Positions 36,640-49,830 are shown, numbered from the stretch's first letter. The stretch is DNA of 64,000 bases from Octopus bimaculoides (GCF_001194135.2 NC_068981.1:45060227-45124226); one strand, 5' to 3'. The notes: generated by a model not told the origin, from the sequence alone. Numbers and translations: made by a program.

Positions 36640-37903
36640 GGACACGATCAGTTCCAAATCCATACAAAGTCAGAGTCAGGTAAACAAAAAACAAAAGATG
36701 CGTCGAAATTAGCAGTTCTAGGAGCTCCATCACTTTATTCAAGTTTAGAGCATGGGCGAGGGTTCTCTCTCCAACGACCTGATAGCGGCGACCTAGAAAA
36801 GCTATGGTTAACATAGATCCATGGCACAGATCGTTCGAAAGAAGCAAGAGTTCATATGCTCATGTTCTCTTGTCAAACTGCATATCACCCTTCTAGAAAA
36901 TATAAAGGAGACAGGAGTGCTCAATGACGACCCTGCATGCCTGGAAGTTGATGAAACTGAGAACATTACTGACCCCAAAACAGCACTGAAAAAGAATCTG
37001 CGAACAACACTGAGAACAGAAATAAGAATAGTCAAAGCTGCACTGTGGTGATAAACAGAAGCAGACAAAAAACTGACACAGCCAGAGAAACCGATGTCCT
37101 TATGTCCAAAGTTAACAAGAAGGACAAGCAAACAGACAAAAAAAAAAGACGAAAGCGCCAAAAGGAAAAACGAAGAAGCATAAGGATAGAAACTGACAGT
37201 GTCCAGGTTGTATATAAATTTAATTAAATGCTACCTGTTGGCATGGAGAAACAGGAGAGGGCTGCAGCTTTGCTCATCCCAAAACTTATCGGAACAACAA
37301 ACAGGGAAACCTGAAACAAAACCAGCAAAACCATGGTAGCAGATCATCAAGCATGGCTTTGCAGACTAATAATGTACCAACTGACAGAGACACGTCTGAA
37401 AGGAGAAGGAAACCAGATCAACGCATGCATTTTACACGCATCAAAAGACAATTTTCAGAGGCTGTACGAACAACAGCTATCGAACAGTAGTCTATTTTTA
37501 TCATGGCCCAGAAAATATTATAGCATCTGGAATGGATGCAGAGAATGCAAGCTAAAAGCCATGCATTTCACAAGACCACCTCAGGTGACAGGCCCAAGAT
37601 GGCCACCACTAACACTTACCTCGATATCGCACCCATATTGAAGGTCTGCTACAACTCAGCAATAGAGGGAAAATTCTCTCTCTAAAGGAGCTTGCTACAT
37701 GCAGTGAAGCATGACACTCACTGAAACGAATCTAGCCCCTGATGTAACAGATGCGTAAGTGTACATACCAGGGTATGTTGTATTTCGTACAGACAGAAGA
37801 GAAAAAGTCACGGTGGAGTTGCCATATACATCCGTGAAGACGTTACGCCTCTTGTATTATTGTCACATTCAAATTCAATTTGCGACACCTTAATAATACA
37901 TAT
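36640..37903 (+). mobile_element. CR1/L2-group LINE: degenerate ORF1 with CCCH-like finger + start of ORF2 AP-endonuclease; truncated at gap
   Basis: 37.7-37.9 kb: TLTETNLAPDVTDA*VYIPGYVVFRTDRREKSHGGVAIYIREDVTPLVLLSHSNSICDTLIIH. 37.22-37.29 kb: ATCWHGETGEGCSFAHPK. Confidence 0.8.
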
Positions 37904-38652
37904 NNNNNNNNNNNNNNNNNNNNNNNNNNNNNNNNNNNNNNNNNNNNNNNNNNNNNNNNNNNNNNNNNNNNNNNNNNNNNNNNNNNNNNNNNNNNNNNNN
38001 NNNNNNNNNNNNNNNNNNNNNNNNNNNNNNNNNNNNNNNNNNNNNNNNNNNNNNNNNNNNNNNNNNNNNNNNNNNNNNNNNNNNNNNNNNNNNNNNNNNN
38101 NNNNNNNNNNNNNNNNNNNNNNNNNNNNNNNNNNNNNNNNNNNNNNNNNNNNNNNNNNNNNNNNNNNNNNNNNNNNNNNNNNNNNNNNNNNNNNNNNNNN
38201 NNNNNNNNNNNNNNNNNNNNNNNNNNNNNNNNNNNNNNNNNNNNNNNNNNNNNNNNNNNNNNNNNNNNNNNNNNNNNNNNNNNNNNNNNNNNNNNNNNNN
38301 NNNNNNNNNNNNNNNNNNNNNNNNNNNNNNNNNNNNNNNNNNNNNNNNNNNNNNNNNNNNNNNNNNNNNNNNNNNNNNNNNNNNNNNNNNNNNNNNNNNN
38401 NNNNNNNNNNNNNNNNNNNNNNNNNNNNNNNNNNNNNNNNNNNNNNNNNNNNNNNNNNNNNNNNNNNNNNNNNNNNNNNNNNNNNNNNNNNNNNNNNNNN
38501 NNNNNNNNNNNNNNNNNNNNNNNNNNNNNNNNNNNNNNNNNNNNNNNNNNNNNNNNNNNNNNNNNNNNNNNNNNNNNNNNNNNNNNNNNNNNNNNNNNNN
38601 NNNNNNNNNNNNNNNNNNNNNNNNNNNNNNNNNNNNNNNNNNNNNNNNNNNN

Positions 38653-38685
<33 letters not shown>

Positions 38686-39419
38686 ATATATTATCTATGT
38701 GAATATAAATGCATACATAGGTACATATATACATATGATTGTATATACGTATAGGGACGCCTTAGGCGCAATCAGTAGTATTTGGACAGAGAAGATTAGT
38801 AGTTTAAGCTGTTTGGTCTCGACAAAAAGAGTATTTCTGCACATGTATTTATGCACGTATGAGAACGTATGACACTTAATAACGAAATGAGATGCAGCTG
38901 CTCTAGATGATAATAAAATATTCAATAACTATATAGCGAACTCTAATGAAATCTTTAAAATAATTGAGTGCTTTTATTGTCAATCATATATTGCTTTTGA
39001 TAAATCCAAGGTTAGTTCTTCTTCAGGACCATCTACCATGCAAGTTACATACAAAAGTTGATATATACAGTTTGCACTTTACATGATAATCGATGAATGA
39101 TGTTTATAAAAAACAATTATTGAAGTGTCGGGCTATCGTCATCATCATCCATTTCAACACACATACACATGCGTCGTCATGAGTTTGTGTTCTCGCTATT
39201 GATGTGCGTGTATTCATATGTTCATATCTAGCTCTCTCTTTCTCTCTCTTCATNNNNNNNNNNNNNNNNNNNNNNNNNNNNNNNNNNNNNNNNNNNNNNN
39301 NNNNNNNNNNNNNNNNNNNNNNNNNNNNNNNNNNNNNNNNNNNNNNNNNNNNNNNNNNNNNNNNNNNNNNNNTATATATATGTATATATGTTACTGTGAA
39401 GCATTGTGTAGAATATATT

Positions 39420-40785
39420 TTATAAAAGATCGTGGGTAAAGCCAAAATAATTCGAAGTAAATGCAAGATCAATAACAAGAAAACAAATATGTGGCTTAAC
39501 GTAGAATTACCTTGTATTCGATATTTTTGGGTTTTGACCCCCATTTTCAAGAAATTGATCTTGTGTTTCTTTTGGTGTATGAGGATAGCCTAAGAGATAA
39601 CCTCAGAGAGGTTGCCCCTGTTCCGCTGTCCTGCCTTGATGTGGACAGTGTACTACCGTGTCTGGCATTTTCGTAGATATTTCTTAACAGAAGTGTCTGC
39701 CTGCATGTGTTCCTTAATGCCTACATGCACTTGTGTGATGGGCTTTCGATATAGGATGCGCCATATTTTCCACAGATGATGTCATATGCGACTTAGGTCC
39801 TGTGGCACAATTCACTGTCATTGATGGGCAGTTCGACAATGTGCACTACTTAGAGTAGTGGGAGGTATTGTTCTTAGGCACAGCTTTTCTCAGGGAAGGG
39901 CCAGCGTGCACTAACTGTATGCCGAGTTCATCCCTTCGGACTGCGAGTTGTATCGCTGCTATAGTTCTGTGTGGTAGCTTTAGGAAGCACGTGCTGGTTC
40001 TTCCGGGGTTTACTGACCTTGATGCTTTTCAGGCGCCGTTGTTTAGCTAAAGATGGTGGGTAGCCATTCTGGGTTAGACCTCTGAGGAACTGCTTGGTGT
40101 AGACGGCTTTGTCGGTCACGTTGCTCCATATGTTATTTATATGCTCTGGTGGGCAGGGCTGTCTGGCAGTGAACGGAAAGTTTTCTATTAGCGGCTTTTC
40201 TATAGAATCTGGTGAATATGCAGCCTTCCTCTGTCATCTTGCGCTGGAAGTCTAGTAGAGAGATCGTTACGGATTCCTCTGTATGTTCAATCAAGAATTT
40301 GATATTTACCTCGGTGCTATTGCAGGTCCAGTATATGCTAATGACCTCATCCCCGCAGGACCTGATGATAAGGATGTCATCAACGTACCTGGAGAATATG
40401 CATGAGCAGCAGGGCTTGAGTGCTGTGCGTTCTAGCTTATCCATGTACGTGATGGCAAGCAGCACTGAAAGGTTAGATGCCATAGGTAGGCCGGAAGTCT
40501 GTAAATAACACCGTTATATTGAAAGTAGGTGTTACCAACTATAATGGTTAGTAACTCTCGTATGTCTGATAGTGTGAGTTCGAAGAGCTGGACGTTGATT
40601 GACAGGGAGGTGTGGGAAGATGAATGGGAAGGTTGGGAGGAGGAATTTGCGAGGGAGCAATCCCCTCCATCCTTTTTGACGACAGAAGTTCTACAGCGAT
40701 ACAACACGCAGTTCACATGGAAGGACTCGACATAGGAGTTGGTACACATCGGCACTTCCCTGACAAAAGCTCTGTCCACGAACAA
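39420..40785 (-). mobile_element. Penelope-like element (RT + GIY-YIG + 3' UTR), degenerate
   Basis: ORFs 40432..40785 (ELLTIIVGNTYFQYNGVIY), 40133..40483 (FSRYVDDILII, ISLLDF, TRFYRK) and 39928..40119 (LTQNGYP). GIY-YIG remnant at 39560-39860. Confidence 0.88.
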
Positions 40786-40789
40786 AACC

Positions 40790-41325
40790 GCTCACAACTC
40801 TAAGAGTTGCACATTGTCGAACGGTCCCATCAATGACCCTTAATTTTGCCAGAGGACCTATGTCGTATATGAGATCATCTGTGACAAATGTTGTGCATCC
40901 TACACTGGAAACACATCAACAAAACTGCATGTACGAAATGCAGGCAGGCACTTCCGTTAAGAAACATCCATGGAAATGCCAGACACGGGAGTTAACAGTG
41001 CATATTAAAGCAATACAGCGGGTCAGGGGCAACTTTAGATTCTCTGAGGCTATTCTCATACACCAAAAGAAACCAAAGATAAAAAAATAGAAAGGAGTTA
41101 CAGGAAGCTAAGTGGTAGCTATAGCAACACCCTTCTGCGCATGTCCACTCCACACACGCTCACAACACACATGCACATCGGCAACTGTCGCCAAGTTCTT
41201 GAAAATGGAGTCATAACCCCAAAATATTGTTTATAATTTAAGTCTACATTAATTCACATATTTTTCTTATGATTTAGCTTGCATTTACTTCTCATTGTTT
41301 TGGCTTTACCCTCGATCTTTTATAC
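40790..41325 (+). mobile_element. Penelope 3' end (GIY-YIG + 3' UTR) inverted relative to 39420-39860
   Basis: YVVYEIICDKCCASYTG; LRFSEAILIHQKKPKI. Nucleotide match to the reverse complement of 39420-39860 (gcacattgtcgaac..cccatcaatgac; ggctttaccc.cgatcttttata). Confidence 0.85.
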
Positions 41326-41326
41326 A

Positions 41327-41379
<53 letters not shown>

Positions 41380-41389
41380 NNNNNNNNNN

Positions 41390-41436
<47 letters not shown>

Positions 41437-42411
41437 CATACGAATATGCATATATAGCTACACATACGTACATACGTGCATGCAAACATACATGAGTGCA
41501 AAAGGTTTTGTGTTTAAGTGGATGTATATCACTTGAACATAAAAGAAAACTCCCTGCATGCATATCGCTTGAACACGCAGCATTACCTCCAGTAAAACTA
41601 AGAACCTGACATACATTCCCTTACTCCATATTTCATTATAGTAGTCTTATTTCAGATTTTTTTTTCTGTGACGCGACTACTAACGTCTTCTCTTCGTACT
41701 CATTGAAATGAACAAATCCAACTAATTACATTCTTCGTGATTTCTGTTAATATTTTTTCTCTTTCTTTCTTTCACATGTCTTTATTTGTTCATTCATTGT
41801 ATGAGCGCTCCAATTTTCTTACTGATAATGTTGCAAATTTCAGACTAGCTAAACGTAGGAGATTAAAATGCCTTCAAATTTAGTCAGAAAAACTGCAATA
41901 TAATGTAGCTGTTCTAATCATCTTTAGAAATCTCACTTTCGGCTTTGTGAATGCTATGTTAAAATGTAAATAGAGACAAGTAGAATATATTTAATTTAGA
42001 ATTGATACCAGCCGTCTATGTCACTTGTTATGTGTACAGCTCTAGAGCTTCATGGTAGTTTGCGATTGGTACTTTAATTGTGTTTTGCTACGTTGGGTTT
42101 CCTATTGATTAAGTTGCCAAAACGGTTGCAGCTTATTGAAATATAGGCTATAATGGTTAGTTCTGTAACTGATTGTCGGAAAGAAGAAAAACAGCAACAA
42201 CAAAATACTATTACTGGTACTATAATTTCGCTTACTTGTAAAATATTGGCTTGCAGAAGCGCATACAATAGAGGCGTCTGGTTTATTTGTTAGGAACGGC
42301 GAAAATCTTCAAAAGTTCTTGGTTGGCTGAGGTCACAGATTTTGACTTGTTATCCACGTGTAAGCTAACCAAAGTTCCATCGTAGAGGTGAGATATAAAA
42401 AAATATTGAAA

Positions 42412-42468
42412 TAATAACGACGACGATGACAGCAGCAGCAGCAACAGCAACAACGACAATAATAATAG
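42412..42468. repeat. Degenerate AAT/GAC/CAG/CAA trinucleotide tract
   Basis: Direct inspection. Confidence 0.85.
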
Positions 42469-42519
42469 GAGTGCATCCAAAATTAAATAAAAGGCATGGC
42501 AGTGTATTTGAACAAGACC

Positions 42520-43050
42520 TTCTACAATATGCTGCTAATGCACAAGGATTTACTACAAATGGACTCGAGAGCGCTAAGGAATTCCAATCGCGAATAGCCA
42601 ACGAGTGAGATGAAACGCTACTCCGCATGAATTAAATGGTCAGTCCCACTGTAAAGCTAACAACTTAACAGAGCAGGAAACATCATGGAGGTGGCTCAGC
42701 AAGAGTGACCTTAAAAAGAATATTGAAAGCCTCATCATCGCTGCTCAGGATGAGGCATTAAATACAAATTTAGTGAAAAGGGATATAGACCACAAAAGTG
42801 CAATGAAACTCTGCAAAATGTGTGGAGAGTCGAACGAGTGACTCACATTGTTAGTGCTTGTGAAAGTTTTGGGCAGAAAGCGTACTAGCACAAACACGAC
42901 AGTGTAGCTCAAAACCTTCACTGGCTACTATGTCCGAAATATGGATACGAGGTAACGGGTGCTTGGTACCAACATATAACGAAAAAATTAATTGACGTAA
43001 AAGGGAAGGAAAAAGTCCTCGGGGAGTTTGACTTCCAGAGACAGACATCT
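42520..43050 (+). mobile_element. R4/Dong-like fragment (post-RT region and CCHC knuckle)
   Basis: SWRWLSKSDLKKNIESLIIAAQDEALNT..LCKMCGE..VTHIVSAC..HDSVAQNLHWLLCPKYG. Confidence 0.85.
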
Positions 43051-43167
43051 TAATTTATTAATGCAGAAATTTTGAAAGACAAACTCGGCCTCGGCGGAAT
43101 TTGAACTTAGTACATAAAGAAATGCTTTTTGTGAGGCCTGATAAAGTTTCTGCCAGCATGCCGCCTT
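43050..43167 (-). mobile_element. SINE type C
   Basis: Minus strand: aaggcggcatgctggcagaaac...agttcaaattccgccgaggccgagtttg. Confidence 0.75.
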
Positions 43168-43331
43168 AATAACGAAGACAACAACAACAACAATAATAAT
43201 AATGAAAATAATAATAATAGTAATTATTATTGGTTGACAATCTTGGTTAACACTCCTACTAGAAATGATGACTCAATAAAAATACCTGTTGGTGGCTAAC
43301 CTTAAAACACAAAACTTGAATTTGAGTGAAA

Positions 43332-46300
43332 ATGTCTAATACAAATGTATGAAATAACGGTGTTAATGAAGCTAGAACCAAAAGTGAAAGCCTTTCGCAC
43401 GACAGGTGCCCTTTGGTTGAGCAGCGCAGGCCCGCTCGTCATCCAGAGATTGTTTGTACTCTAAGCCAGAGGCAGAGATGCAGATGGAACAAGGAGTTAA
43501 ACCGAAAGGTAATTGGATGCTGGATCGGGAGTGAACCCAGCAGAAGGGGATTCCAGCAACGAATTGAAAACAAAATGGAATGAAAAGGGATGCTTCGAAA
43601 TAAGTGAGCAAAGGTTAGCTGACCAGGCAAGAGCAATAACAGCAAAAGGGTTACTAACAGACATGGAAGTTAAAGAGATGAAAACGAAAGTAGAAATTTA
43701 AAATAATTCTTCACCAATAGATAACGTGACCAGTGAAAACAGAGGAGTGAATGGCGGCACGGTTAGTGAAGACTTAGTGCTAAGTGTAAATGTAAATGCA
43801 TTCTCAGCAAATGAAGCAGAAGTAATAGAAAAAGCTATATCACAAGAATATTGTTATGGCCAACAAGAAGTAGTGATGACGTTGTGCCGATATATTAGAA
43901 AAGAACCAGGATCACCGCCCCCCCCCCATCTGTGATATTGATTGACGCCAACTCGAATTTGAAACCAAAAGGTAGATTCGGTTCTTGGGCTATTCCACAC
44001 GAGAAATATAACTGCAACGAAGAAGATTATTTGGGCTGCAGCAATGGCTGGTATAGATAGAGTTGGATACAAAAGAAGACAACAAACAGAAAGTAAAGAA
44101 ACATACTGACATAGACGAATTTTAGAGAATCAAAGTTAAAAAGACATTTAGGACAAGTTGATACATTGAGAAGAGGAGAACTGCAGAATGAAAGCGTAAG
44201 AATAATGTTGGAAAGAACATATAGAATAAGAGCTAACGAGCATGATGTGATATTTGAAGAATTGAATCAAAGAGTAGTAGCAATCAAAGCAAAATTAAAA
44301 AAAAATATGACAACAGAATAAAACAAAACAATTCAGAGAAAACAGATTGTTTGAAGAAAATCAGAAGCAGTTTCAGGAATGGGAAATTACACGTAATAGT
44401 GATACCAGATCTAGAAGAATGCAGAATATTCTGAGGAGGGCTCTGGGACCAACCTATGATGAAGCGGAGTGGATGCATGAAATCCAAGTTAGGTTAAGAA
44501 ATATAGAAGGTCAAGAAGATTTTAAAATAACAACAGAAATGATAAAAGTGTGTTAAGTATATTCCCAAATTGGATGAAGAAGCTGAGAGATCTCAATGAA
44601 AGGATAGTGCAACACCTTGATGAATGCTTGTAGGAAGGTGCATTACTCAGTTGGATAACATATGCAAAGACATTCTTATGTGCTAAGGATGCTGAAAAGG
44701 GAAATCATGCATCCAACTTTAGACCAATAACGTGACTTCCGCTAATGTGGAAACTAATGTCAGGTGCTTTGGCCAGTGAACTCTATAGATACTTGGAAAA
44801 AAGTGCGCTGATACCTATTGAAAAGAAAGGGTGCCAACACATGAGCCGAGGAACGCATGATGAGCTCTTAATTGATCTAAATATCAGGAACTGCAAGAGA
44901 AGACACACATAACTCAGCAAGCCATCGGTCAACTATTGTAAAGCATAAGATACGATACCACACTCCTGGATAATAAGAACAAGGGAATGTATGGAGTAGG
45001 TGAAAAAATGAGAAGCCTTATATGGAATAGCAAGAACTGCTGGAGAACGGAATTGACAGCAGGGAATCAAGTATAAGAAGAGGTAAAAATCAAGAGATGA
45101 ATCTTTCAGGGGGACAGTGTGTCCTCGGTGATATTTCTCGCTGGAAGCGATCCCCTTGAATGAGATACAACAGAAACAAAGTTGGGGTATGATCTGGGAA
45201 GAGATAATGGAAACCAGAACCATTTGCTATTCATGGACGACCTGAAGCTTTTCATAAAAAATGAGTCGGAACTGGACAGCCTAGTCAAGTCTGTGCAGAT
45301 TTTCGCCAATGATATTAAGATGGAATTTGGACTCTCAAAATGTGCTGCGATGGTTATGAAACGAAGGAAGTATATCAGGATAGAAGCTGCATGGTTGCCA
45401 AGTGGTGAAATGATGAAGGCAATTCAACCTCAATCCTCCTATAAATTCCTGAGAATACATGAGTCAGATAGAATCTGACACATCGATATGAAGAACAAAA
45501 ACGAAAGGAGAGAATCTGAGGCAAGTGAGGAAAATATTGACTTGAAAGCTGAATGCCAGAAATATAATGTGGCAATAAACTCGTGCTCAGTTGCAGTGGT
45601 TCGATATGACGCTGGAATCCTTAAGTAGACAGAAGAGAAACTAAAGCAGATGGACAGGAAGTCAAGATAACTCATAACGATGCATGGAACCCATCATCCT
45701 CGTGCAGGCACTGATCGCCTATACATGAACAGAGCAAATGGAGGAAGAGGACTGATAAGTGTGGAAGACTGCGTGCGTATTGAACTCGCGAGCTTAATGT
45801 GATACCTAGCCCAAAGTAAGGAAACCTTGTTAGTATCAGTTTGGAGAGGGTGGGGTATTGACTGCAGAAGAAAAAAGGAAAAAGTTCAAAAAGGACAGGA
45901 AGAAGAATTACACTTCCTGGGGCTACACAATCATTTCCATGTAGCCACAACAGAAGCTGCAGGAAAATATAGGTCGGAGTGACTGAAAAAAGGAACATTA
46001 GAAAATGAGACTGAGAACACTATATTTGGCAGCGCAAGGCCAAATATTTGCCACGAACTGGCGTATCAACCAGTGGAATGAGTAAGTGTCTCCGCTGTGC
46101 CACATCTGTAATAGTGTGGATGTAAACCAATGCCCATATCATAAATGAATACTTTAAACTTGCCCAAAACTACCACAAGATGTGGCGACACGATTAGGTA
46201 GCGAAAGTGCTATATTGGAAATTGAGAAAAGTTGGGGCTAGCATATTCCTCTGCGATTTCCCAATCCTAACAGATCAGATTGTTAGAGCATAACAGGCCG

Positions 46301-46705
46301 GACCTAGTGGTGGTGAAAAATATGCTCTCAATGCTCCCTCGATCCTAAATGTACCCAATAGTCGATGTTACATGCCTCTTTGACCCAGGAATAGTCAAAG
46401 CAGAGGGCAAAAAAATACAACCCTCTTAAGTACGGAATAGCTCGCCTATGGAAAATGAAGAAGGTGAAGATAATGCTACCAATTGTTGGGTCCTTGGGAA
46501 CAGTATCAGAACGCATCAAGAGGAATATAAAGGAAATTGCAATAGAGTGCCCAGTAGAACTGTTACAAATATTTTGCCCTCTTAGCATGGCAAAATAATC
46601 AGCAATTAGATAGGTGTAACGATCGGATAGTATGTTACCGTAGGCTGCAGGTAGCAAACCCGCTACGCATGCAAGACTCCAGGACTTCCAACAAAGCCTG
46701 TGATA
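43332..46705 (+). mobile_element. Near full-length, heavily decayed R4/Dong-like non-LTR retrotransposon (RT + CCHC + RLE)
   Basis: ATG 43332; SEQRLADQARAI; NFRPIT*LPLMWKL; IFQGDS; HLLFMDDLKLF; MEFGLSKCA; RLYMNRANGGRGL; HNRPDLVVV and IVDVTCLFD (PD..D motif); LPIVGSLGTV. Many stops and frameshifts. Confidence 0.92.
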
Positions 46706-46707
46706 AG

Positions 46708-46728
46708 AAATAATGATGACGAAGATGG

Positions 46729-46773
<45 letters not shown>

Positions 46774-46816
46774 CGACGACGACACCGATGACCACGATGA
46801 CGATGATGATGATTAT
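46708..46816. repeat. (GAT/GAC)n tract at the 3' end of the R4-like element
   Basis: Direct inspection. Confidence 0.95.
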
Positions 46817-46919
46817 AATGGGCCCACTCGTCGAAGATGACATATCAGTGTTCAGCTTTTTCGACGAATGACTTGCATGAATGATTTCTTCATAGTGATA
46901 AAACGTCTGCGCTGCTATC

Positions 46920-47050
46920 ATCATGCGTGCCTCCTTGGAACTGTGAAAATCGCAAGGAAATTACAAGATATTTTGAAGGGAACAAATAGCATGTTGCCGC
47001 GTTCTTAGGTTGAACGCTCACTACTCATGCAAGTTTCCAGGAGTTAAAAG
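46920..47050 (+). mobile_element. R4/Dong-like extreme 3' tip followed by (AAT/GAT)n tail (47051-47080)
   Basis: HACLLGTVKIARKLQDIL (typical C-terminus). The 3' UTR shares tgtt.ccg and ctac.catgcaag..tccagga with 46634-46686. Confidence 0.65.
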
Positions 47051-47799
47051 AATAATGATAATGATAATAATGCTAACAATATTCGCCCCTACAGTATAAT
47101 CTAACGTGAAGGCCTAAATATATTCATGATAGCTGATGAAATTAATGCAAAAATTTTTCCCAGGGGAATGTTGAGAATGTTAAGGGAATCTATTGTTTGC
47201 AAGTTTATAAGTTTCTCTCGCAATGGTATTACTTTTGTTAATATTACTAATTATTGACTAATCCCTATCTGAACTTACACTCGGGCAGTATCGACTAACC
47301 TTTGATGCGAAATTTACCGTTCAACTTTCACTAGAATTAGGGATTGTGATGTACATTATATTGAATCATTGATTGGTCAGCGCTCAGAGAAAAAATATAT
47401 ATATTTAAACGGAAATATTTAACCAGACAACTGTATTGCCCAGTTGTTGCAAATACAATAGGTATATAATCTTGCTCAATCTGACATATATCTACTTCCA
47501 TTAAGACATTGCCTACGTATCAGCATGAAACCAAATAATAACTGTATGAATCATGATATATCTCAGCGTATGAGTATGAAGGACGTATGATAATATGTTA
47601 ATGCTTGTTCCAAGATTTTTAATCTAGTTGGTGATATGTAGGTGTTTCTCATTTCACCACCTCAGGAAACGAACCGAAGCATCAAACTGGAAAACCAAGA
47701 CACAAACATTGATGTGCATGTATCCTCTTGCATGAAATGAAATCGGAAATCTCTCCGCAATTGAGTCATTTAAATGGAAATACAAATACTTTTCACCTA

Positions 47800-47812
47800 T
47801 TTATCTATCTAC

Positions 47813-47850
<38 letters not shown>

Positions 47851-47851
47851 G

Positions 47852-47916
<65 letters not shown>
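47800..47916. repeat. (CTAT)n-(CT)n microsatellite abutting gap
   Basis: Direct inspection. Confidence 0.95.
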
Positions 47917-49627
47917 NNNNNNNNNNNNNNNNNNNNNNNNNNNNNNNNNNNNNNNNNNNNNNNNNNNNNNNNNNNNNATATATATATATATATATATATA
48001 CTGCATCAATATAAATACAAGACTTGTCTAAAGAAAGTGAAAGCAAATAGCTTTGTTTCACAAATTAACTGCAATTATGCAGTACATACATCGTATTCAT
48101 TTGTATATATTATGCAATAAACATTTCTACCATTATTATACTTTCCTCCTAGACATCTCAAAATGCTTGACCAAATATTTAAATGCTTTAGCACCATTCG
48201 TCGAGGTGTTCATGCAAGAACAACACATAGCTAGTTTATTCTTTAGGTCTACACAAACGTAGCAGTTACGTTCTTTTCCATTCATGAGAATCGCGAGAGT
48301 GGGCATGTATACTAACCTTTTACTTGGAATTTGTAATACCAAAATATGTACATATTCTATTTCGCAAATGTTCACTCCAATGAGAAGTTAATGAGATAGA
48401 AAAGTATCAGCCAACAACGATTATACTAGTATTTTAGTGCATCCAAATATTCAATAATACACAAAGAAATGTGATGCAATACGCAGGATAGACACAGCAC
48501 ATTAAAACAAATACATGCACCAAGAGTATTGCATTAAATATAATCTTGCTATTGAATAGATGAACTCATCAAAGTATTCATCAAAGCGAACTCAAAATAT
48601 ATTATACTCACGCATTGTTAATACATTAGAAAAAATATTAACAAACCACATGTCTGTAATCACCTGACTGAACTTCAGATGTCGAAAGCAATTTATAAAT
48701 TCCGATGGAATGATGAAAGCTGTAAAATTCATGATTTTATCTTTCATATTCAGCATTAAAAGCATCATACATTTCCATTGGTTAATCACTAAAATACAAT
48801 GTTATACACAATGTTTTATTATATTATATAACATAAAGCAGAACTAGAACAAACAGTTGCAAACAAACACGCACACATACATATATGTGTGAGTGACTAT
48901 GTAGCTGTGCGTTTGTCATTTGTTGTGTGAACATCTGAAAACCGATAACGAAATACAGAAAAATAATAGTAAAATAAACTACAATAGGGACCTAAATTTA
49001 CAGAAAGCTGAGAAACAAACGCCAGGCAACACAATCAGGACAATGTATTTTGTGATAGACGTTGAATATATGTTGATATGTTGTCAATGTATGAAATAAT
49101 TAGATATTACAAACGACGACTGATTAATACACATACATTTTTCCGTTATACTTCCTACAAATAAATGAACAATATAACGACCATGAGTGAAATATAGTGG
49201 GAACCTAATATAGCTCAGAAATTTAATAGTTTCAAGGAAGTAAATCATTTATTTAGAATGCGTAACTTCACAAAGGAAAACTATATCGATAATATTCATG
49301 ATCATATGAAAATAACATTATCATAACAGGCAAAAGACTAGCATATGTATATATTTGAGCAGTCATATACACGAGACATGGAAGAAAGCATTCAATCGAT
49401 CAGTGCATGCCGTGTAACACATAACACATAAATCTAAAGCCTGCATAAACAATCAAGTACATCATTTATGTATTTAGACATGCATATGTAAATGTGTGCA
49501 TTCACGTGAGTAGGCATGCATGCACATTTGAATGTAAGTCTTTGCATTCTAGTATTTTAGTCGTAAGAGTCGGCAAAAATAAGCATCTATAGGTGAAACT
49601 CAGTGACTGACTCCAGCAAACTAAAAT

Positions 49628-49732
49628 AGAAGAAGAAGAAGAAGAAGAAGAAGAAGAAGAAGAAGAAGAAGAAGAAGAAGAAGAAGAAGAAGAAGAAGAA
49701 GAAGAAGAAGAAGAAGAAGAAGAAGAAGAAGA
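49628..49732. repeat. Pure (AAG)n microsatellite
   Basis: Direct inspection. Confidence 0.98.
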
Positions 49733-49749
49733 TCGAAATTCCCCCAAGA

Positions 49750-49830
49750 TATAAGATAATGGCTGGAGGGTATATCAGCTGAAACGCTGTGTTAACAACA
49801 AACAAGATGAGGACAAATATTCGCCAAATT
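49750..49830 (+). other. Degenerate hammerhead-ribozyme-like motif (possible Penelope pLTR remnant)
   Basis: aagataat-GGCTG-gagggtatat-CAGCT-GAAAC: stem II and GAAA are intact, but the CTGANGA core has 3 mismatches. Confidence 0.35.
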
